Of a DNA stretch of 64,000 nucleotides, positions 59,587 to 64,000 are shown piece after piece (position 1 is the stretch's first letter; every line of letters begins with the position of its first letter). The stretch spans positions 3,681 to 67,680 of IMG/VR virus record IMGVR_UViG_3300013093_000043, one strand, 5' to 3'. The position numbers were made by a program, and so were the translations under genes. The notes below the pieces were generated by a model. The model ran no database searches and had not been told where the DNA came from. It saw only the letters and a list, made by a program, of their open reading frames with translations. Source of the stretch: a virus.

Positions 59587-59614
59587 ATTATACGTTAATT
59601 AATTGAAAAAGCAA
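59587..59614 (-). promoter_or_regulatory. Sigma70-type promoter for thyA, probably (near-)leaderless
   Basis: Minus strand TTGCTT (59614-09), 16 nt, then TATAAT (59592-87). The ATG at 59579 follows 7 intervening nt and has no SD sequence. Confidence 0.6.
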
Positions 59615-59628
59615 TAATACTGGTGATG

Positions 59629-60129
59629 TTATTTCGATCTTCTAAAGATTGATTCGTAAACAACAAAAGTACAGTTGTCTTCTGGTGCAGCACTTGCACT
59701 ACGCATTAATCGTCCTGACAACAATAATTTAAGATTAATTTTTGTGTCTGCACGATAAGAACCTTTGATATGTGTCAAGTATATTCTGTCATAGATACTT
59801 TCGCATTGTTCTAATACATCGGCCCCGCCAATAACCCAAATAGTTCGATCAGGATTGGCTTGCTCTAATTTTAGTATCTTGCTTACTATGTCGCCCTTAA
59901 TTTGGTGTACACTATCTGCGATCATTCTATTACTAACAACGTATACAGTACGATCCTTGAGTGTTTTGGGCATCTTGGGATCATCGTATGTGCGTCGACC
60001 CATAACAACAATGCCACCAGTAGTGAGATTTTTAAAATGTTTCAAGTCATTGGAATTATGAGGCCAAGGCAATGAGCCCTGAAGACCCAAGCCGCCGTAC
60101 ATGTCAGCAGCAAAGATTGCATTTATCAT
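59629..60129 (-). CDS. folA: Dihydrofolate reductase
   Basis: GLGLQGSLPW..DLKHFK, VVMGRRTY, WVIGGA, IYLT.I...ADT. Confidence 0.93.
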   Translation of the reverse strand: MINAIFAADMYGGLGLQGSLPWPHNSNDLKHFKNLTTGGIVVMGRRTYDDPKMPKTLKDRTVYVVSNRMIADSVHQIKGDIVSKILKLEQANPDRTIWVIGGADVLEQCESIYDRIYLTHIKGSYRADTKINLKLLLSGRLMRSASAAPEDNCTFVVYESIFRRSK

Positions 60130-60473
60130 AGATTTTTTAGTAAGTTATCGGTAATGGGTTGTACAGTTTTGGCCACGTTGTCGATACTGATATGAAAATC
60201 CACATCGTCGATCACGTGATCCAATGCTTTTAATTTTTCGTTAATGATGCGTTCAACAATTTCTGGTGCTGCACCTTCTTCGAGCATTTCGGCTATGTCA
60301 ACATCAACACTGGTTCCGTCTTTTAAATTAACAGTTATGTATTGTAAAACATCAATGGGCACTTGTTCTTTAGAAATTTCTTTGAGTAACCGTTCCCATT
60401 GAGTTTTTTTGTTTAAATTAAGCCGCCGACTTCGCGGAGGGTTTGGCTTTTTTGGCTCTTGTGGGTTTGACAT
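60126..60473 (-). CDS. Hypothetical protein
   Basis: Likely start at ATG 60473 (MSNPQEP). It overlaps the upstream gene and is ATGA-coupled to folA. Confidence 0.65.
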   Translation of the reverse strand: MSNPQEPKKPNPPRSRRLNLNKKTQWERLLKEISKEQVPIDVLQYITVNLKDGTSVDVDIAEMLEEGAAPEIVERIINEKLKALDHVIDDVDFHISIDNVAKTVQPITDNLLKNL

Positions 60474-61137
60474 TTTTCGCAGGGGATAAATCATTTGCTT
60501 CCGCTTCTAATCTTTTGGCTTCAGCAAGTAATTGTTCTGCTTGCTTTTTCATTGTTTCTGCTTGTGCAACTCGTTGAGCTGCTAAATCAGTATCACTCAA
60601 TACGCCTTCACTTAGTGCACCCTTGAGGTATGCCGCCGCAGTTGCATTGCCTTCTACATCCATGTTAGTACGGCTTACACTGGAATTATTTGGTGGCATA
60701 CCAACTTCACGGCCTTCTTTGGGACCGCGACGTTTGGTTTGCATACCGTTATTGGTATCCAGTTCTTGCATGCGTTTGATAGCTTCTTCGCCCTTGTCCA
60801 TTTCGTCCAAGATGTCGTTCAATTCATCCAAGCGAACTGTACTCTTGGTTGTTGGAGTAATCAAGACTTGGCTGGTAGGAACCTTCTTTATAAATCCTTC
60901 ACGATGAATAACTTCTAAAACATTTCTACCATCGGCCATTGTTGTGCGGAACAAAACATCGGCAAAGTCTTTTGCATTTTGACCAACTGGTGACTCTAGT
61001 TGTTTCATGACTTCATCGTGTATCATGCGTGGTAATGTATCACTGTATAGCACCAGTGCCATATGATTCTCATTGGGCACCTTTCTCCATAGCAATACTA
61101 ATTTTTTGCTGTTGTGTTTGCCGACGTGTTTTATCAT
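60418..61137 (-). CDS. Hypothetical protein with a coiled-coil, basic C-terminus
   Basis: 239 aa with an AAGGA RBS. C-terminal QAEQLLAEAKRLEAEA..KPTRAKKAK. Confidence 0.75.
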   Translation of the reverse strand: MIKHVGKHNSKKLVLLWRKVPNENHMALVLYSDTLPRMIHDEVMKQLESPVGQNAKDFADVLFRTTMADGRNVLEVIHREGFIKKVPTSQVLITPTTKSTVRLDELNDILDEMDKGEEAIKRMQELDTNNGMQTKRRGPKEGREVGMPPNNSSVSRTNMDVEGNATAAAYLKGALSEGVLSDTDLAAQRVAQAETMKKQAEQLLAEAKRLEAEANDLSPAKNVKPTRAKKAKPSAKSAA

Positions 61138-61138
61138 T

Positions 61139-61390
61139 TTAATTTCCTTGTGAATCGCCTGCAGTTTCTGCAGGAGTTTGTGCAGGAGTGATAGCTCCGC
61201 TGGCTTGCAAAAAGCCGATTAGGCGTTCATAGACGCCGCCAATTTGAGTGAATTCTTCTACTTTAAAAGCACCACGTGAACTAGCAATTTGTATCACTTG
61301 AGTGGCAAGTAATATATCTGACAATTGTAGTTGTGCCTGGGGGGCTTGTGGTGCAACCTCGGGGGTTGGGGTAGTTGTTTCGTCTGCCAT
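61139..61390 (-). CDS. Small hypothetical protein
   Basis: 83 aa with a GGAG RBS and an upstream TAAATA. Confidence 0.75.
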   Translation of the reverse strand: MADETTTPTPEVAPQAPQAQLQLSDILLATQVIQIASSRGAFKVEEFTQIGGVYERLIGFLQASGAITPAQTPAETAGDSQGN

Positions 61391-61413
61391 AATATCTCCG
61401 TAAAATATACATA

Positions 61414-61419
61414 TATTTA
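61414..61419 (-). promoter_or_regulatory. Putative late promoter core TAAATA
   Basis: Intergenic, 24 nt upstream of ATG 61390. Confidence 0.45.
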
Positions 61420-61448
61420 CGTCCTATAGCAAACCGGAAAAAATTTTT

Positions 61449-61739
61449 TTACCAGGAAGTATACCGGTTGATAGTGTCCAATTGCAGAGCAAAGTAGCTG
61501 GCTTCCCCAGGAAGTTCGAAAGCGGCACACTTGTGCATGCCCACTTTGCTGTTACTTTCGTGTACAAAATACGTGTCGCCGTAGTAAAATCTACCAGTTA
61601 GATTTTCATAGATCCAGTCGGTGACAGTTTTGTCTGTGACGGATACGTCAAATGTAAATCGGGTAAAATGCGGAGGGCAGTGATCTACTCTCCGCAGTCC
61701 AAACACACTTAAAGGATTCACCTCATTGTGTTTCAACAC
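61449..61739 (-). CDS. Hypothetical protein
   Basis: Likely GTG start at 61739 after AAGGAAG (VLKHNEVNPLSVFGLRR..PPHF). Confidence 0.65.
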   Translation of the reverse strand: MLKHNEVNPLSVFGLRRVDHCPPHFTRFTFDVSVTDKTVTDWIYENLTGRFYYGDTYFVHESNSKVGMHKCAAFELPGEASYFALQLDTINRYTSW

Positions 61740-62082
61740 TTGCGTCTTCCTTTTTGTCGGTGACAATTGTAATCTTCATAGGGCCCGCTTGCGGATATTC
61801 CACTACAATCTTCTTTTCCAGTGCCGCTTCCGAGGGCAGCAAAAACGATTCCATTAAGCCAAAGTCTTTGCATACCACTGCAATTTCGCAGGCACGGTGC
61901 AAGTCGCCCAAACGCATTTCCAATTCCATAATGCGTTCACGTGCCGCGTCCAGATCTTCAGGAGCATTATGATATATAACAGCGGGTTCTTTTTTAACCC
62001 CGGTTACATCCTCTAACACATCCTTTAAGTCGGCATCAACAGAGTTGATCTCGTGAGTGTCTTTATTGAGCTTTTTGGCCAT
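61723..62082 (-). CDS. Hypothetical protein
   Basis: 119 aa, tiling with its neighbours; AGGA upstream. Confidence 0.65.
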   Translation of the reverse strand: MAKKLNKDTHEINSVDADLKDVLEDVTGVKKEPAVIYHNAPEDLDAARERIMELEMRLGDLHRACEIAVVCKDFGLMESFLLPSEAALEKKIVVEYPQAGPMKITIVTDKKEDASVETQ

Positions 62083-62257
62083 TGTCAGTCCTATCTGCTA
62101 TGATGTTTACAACGATGATAATGCCGTACAAAGCAGCATTGGTATATTCGCCACGTGCCAGAGAATCCATTGCACTCATGAATACTATGCCAATGATAAA
62201 ATAAAGTACTTTGGGGTTATCGTAACCAATTATGGTTTTAAATTTGTCTAGTGTCAT
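62063..62257 (-). CDS. Small membrane protein with two predicted TM segments
   Basis: Hydrophobic stretches VLYFIIGIVFMSAM and AALYGIIIVVNII. AAGGA RBS. Confidence 0.6.
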   Translation of the reverse strand: MTLDKFKTIIGYDNPKVLYFIIGIVFMSAMDSLARGEYTNAALYGIIIVVNIIADRTDNGQKAQ

Positions 62258-62369
62258 TTTGTTTTTCCTTCGCTATGTAGCGTGAATGTGGATAAGTTTG
62301 TTGGAGCCATACGAGCAGGTCTGCATCGTATGGCAACTGGATCTCTCCAGTGTAGTTAGTTATATACAT
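62238..62369 (-). CDS. Small hypothetical protein (43 aa, MYITNYTGEIQLPYDADLLVWLQQTYPHSRY...), not in the ORF track
   Basis: TAATG-coupled to the VWA gene; fills the 62257-62369 gap. Confidence 0.6.
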   Translation of the reverse strand: MYITNYTGEIQLPYDADLLVWLQQTYPHSRYIAKEKQNDTRQI

Positions 62370-63634
62370 TACTTTTTCGCCTCTTCGTAATGTGCCCAAA
62401 TCCCAAATTCAGGTTCAGCGTTGGGATTGCCTTTAATGATCCAAACTGTGTCTGCATAACTTTCAACTTCTTTTGGGTTCCAACCAAAGAAGCAATAGTC
62501 TGTGAACATAATAAGTTTCTTAGGCTCCATTCCATTCTCAATCAAGTAGTTCCAAACGCAATGTGGATCAGTACCACCACCACCTTGTGGATCGAAGCTA
62601 GTAATGTCCTCCATGTTTTCGTTTGTAAACAATTTGGTACCACCAACCGCAGTATCCCAGCCCATAACAAAGATATTGTACTCAGTGTATGAGTCCATAA
62701 TACCTTTGATCTCTGAGAAGAAGATCTTTAAGTCTTCGGGTCCAATTGAACCAGATGTATCAATGCCAATAACTACGTCAATTGTTTCTCCAGGTTTTGC
62801 ACTAGGCAGGATAGCATCCATGTGCCAGGATTTGCGTCCGGGACGTGCAAAGGTGTAGTCACTTTTGATAGTAGATTGGATTTGTTGCTCTAGTAATTCT
62901 TTCCATGAAATTTGTGGCTCTGTGAGATCTTTGATAAGACGTTTAACACCACCGGGCAAGTTGCCTGCACCTGCTGCCTGTGCGGCTTGCAGTACTGCAT
63001 CTTTGATTTCGTCACGTATTTGTCGACGTTCTTCTTCAGTTAACTTGGGACGGCCTTTACCATCTCGGCCTTCGCCGTCGCCATTGCCCTCACCTTCGCC
63101 CTCACCATCACCATCCAAGTGCTCGTCTAACAACTTGTCAATGTACTGTTCAATTTCCATCTTGTCAGCATTTTTCATCAAGTCGTCATAGACTTCTTCC
63201 ATGCTCCAGCCGGCATACTTTTGGTCATACAAGCCCACAGGAATCTTTTCACCAACACGTTGTTCTAGCAAATCTGCGTTGACGCAAAAGTCTGCGGCAA
63301 TGTTGGCAATTTTACGATCACGTTCGCCATTACGTCCCATGTGGTCGTACACCACATGCAACACTTCGTGCCCAAACAAGAACTCCACTTGTTTGAGTGG
63401 CATCTTGTTAATGAATTCACTATTGTAGTAGAAGCGACGACCATCTGTTGCGGCAGTGCCACACCAGTCATCTGCATTAGTCAATGTCAACCGTGTAGCA
63501 AGGTTACCAAAGAACGGTGCCTTGAGCAAGAGTCCAATACGTGCAGTGACCAATTTATCTCGAGCACTTGCATCTACTCGGGGATCGGTAACTGTTTTAA
63601 CTTTAGTTTTTTCTGCTAATGTTGTTTCTGACAT
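62369..63634 (-). CDS. HExxH putative metallopeptidase plus VWA-like domain protein (DUF2201-type)
   Basis: TAATDG, HEVLH, NIAAD..VN, an acidic Gly linker, MIDAS-like DTSGS, GGGGTD and FTD. Confidence 0.88.
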   Translation of the reverse strand: MSETTLAEKTKVKTVTDPRVDASARDKLVTARIGLLLKAPFFGNLATRLTLTNADDWCGTAATDGRRFYYNSEFINKMPLKQVEFLFGHEVLHVVYDHMGRNGERDRKIANIAADFCVNADLLEQRVGEKIPVGLYDQKYAGWSMEEVYDDLMKNADKMEIEQYIDKLLDEHLDGDGEGEGEGNGDGEGRDGKGRPKLTEEERRQIRDEIKDAVLQAAQAAGAGNLPGGVKRLIKDLTEPQISWKELLEQQIQSTIKSDYTFARPGRKSWHMDAILPSAKPGETIDVVIGIDTSGSIGPEDLKIFFSEIKGIMDSYTEYNIFVMGWDTAVGGTKLFTNENMEDITSFDPQGGGGTDPHCVWNYLIENGMEPKKLIMFTDYCFFGWNPKEVESYADTVWIIKGNPNAEPEFGIWAHYEEAKK

Positions 63635-63663
63635 TTGTATTCCTTGTTTCTTACTATATTCAT

Positions 63664-63692
63664 ATTATAGCATCTTTGTCATTATGAGTCAA
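63664..63692 (-). promoter_or_regulatory. Sigma70-type promoter
   Basis: Minus strand TTGACT, 17 nt ending in TGc, then TATAAT. A short leader with an AAGGA RBS precedes ATG 63634. Confidence 0.8.
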
Positions 63693-63693
63693 A

Positions 63694-63885
63694 TTAGGCC
63701 GCGAAAGTAGTTGATCGCACCATTGCTTGGCAATAAACATACTGTCCTGAATTTGGGCTTACTACACTGAGTCCACCAACAACCATATAGCCTGCTTTGA
63801 TAGCCTCATTCACCATATCCATTAGCTCTTCTGTATTGAGTGCACGGATTACAACATAAGCTCTGCCATTTGCTGTAGTAGTCAT
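63694..63885 (-). CDS. Small hypothetical protein (DUF1737-like)
   Basis: Y.V......L...VNEAI..GY..VGG......YCQAMV pattern. Confidence 0.6.
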   Translation of the reverse strand: MTTTANGRAYVVIRALNTEELMDMVNEAIKAGYMVVGGLSVVSPNSGQYVYCQAMVRSTTFAA

Positions 63886-63888
63886 TTG

Positions 63889-63999
63889 TTAACCTTTGGT
63901 GTAGTTTGATAAGAACTCTTTGCGGTGACGCTTACGGATGAGAACGGGATTGTATTCTTCGCTATCGCCTACGACTTCACCAATGGCTCGAATACAGGT
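63889..63999 (-). CDS. Partial CDS (3' end only), hypothetical
   Basis: Open frame from the window end (TCIRAIGEVVGDSEEYNPVLIRKRHRKEFLSNYTKG*) stopping just before ATG 63885. Confidence 0.5.
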   Translation of the reverse strand, partial: TCIRAIGEVVGDSEEYNPVLIRKRHRKEFLSNYTKG

Positions 64000-64000
64000 T

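Noticed and set aside
61400-61453. AT-rich imperfect inverted repeats (gtaaaatatacatatatttac; aaaaaattttttt) as terminator or operator
   Set aside because: The stems are weak and low-complexity with no GC-rich hairpin, so only the TAAATA motif was kept.
1441-63710. Numerous short antisense or alternate-frame ORFs in the track (e.g. 6610-7134, 24500-24892, 44532-44996, 62865-63191)
   Set aside because: They are nested in or opposite to well-supported genes, lack motifs, and are explained by the codon bias of the real genes.
1-64000. Stop-codon reassignment (TAG or TGA recoding)
   Set aside because: Very long ORFs tile the window under the standard code, and TAG and TGA end genes at sensible junctions. 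Only one suspicious TAG was seen (23609).

Overview
This window is 64 kb of a large tailed dsDNA phage genome (myovirus-like, probably jumbo class), read in the standard genetic code and very densely coding. It has three parts. (1) 1-29.8 kb, + strand: a virion baseplate and tail-fibre module. It holds a hub protein, a gp5/VgrG-like spike, a degenerate lysozyme-like protein, gp25- and gp6-like wedges, a 4053-aa giant structural protein and several fibre or Gly-rich adhesin-like genes, with TAAATA late-promoter-like motifs. One Gly-rich domain is split over three ORFs and interrupted by a Hint (intein-like) domain. (2) 29.8-58.7 kb: a ~29-kb cluster of about 30 soluble glycan-building and tailoring genes opened by a leaderless sigma70-type promoter. 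It has GT-A-like glycosyltransferases, four GT10-like 'TEK' proteins, four SGNH-like proteins, five radical SAM enzymes with N-terminal SPASM/Twitch-like domains, a carbamoyltransferase, an APS kinase, 2OG-Fe(II) oxygenases, an acetyltransferase, an acyl-AMP ligase, a DegT aminotransferase and an NDP-sugar epimerase. (3) 58.7-64 kb, - strand: thyA, folA, small hypothetical genes and a HExxH/VWA protein. The best candidate for an undescribed system is a phage-encoded glycosylation and radical-SAM tailoring pathway, possibly acting on the adjacent (G/A/S)-N-(V/I/T)-rich virion proteins. All function calls come from reading motifs by eye; no database searches were run. No tRNA, rRNA, CRISPR array or transposon was seen.
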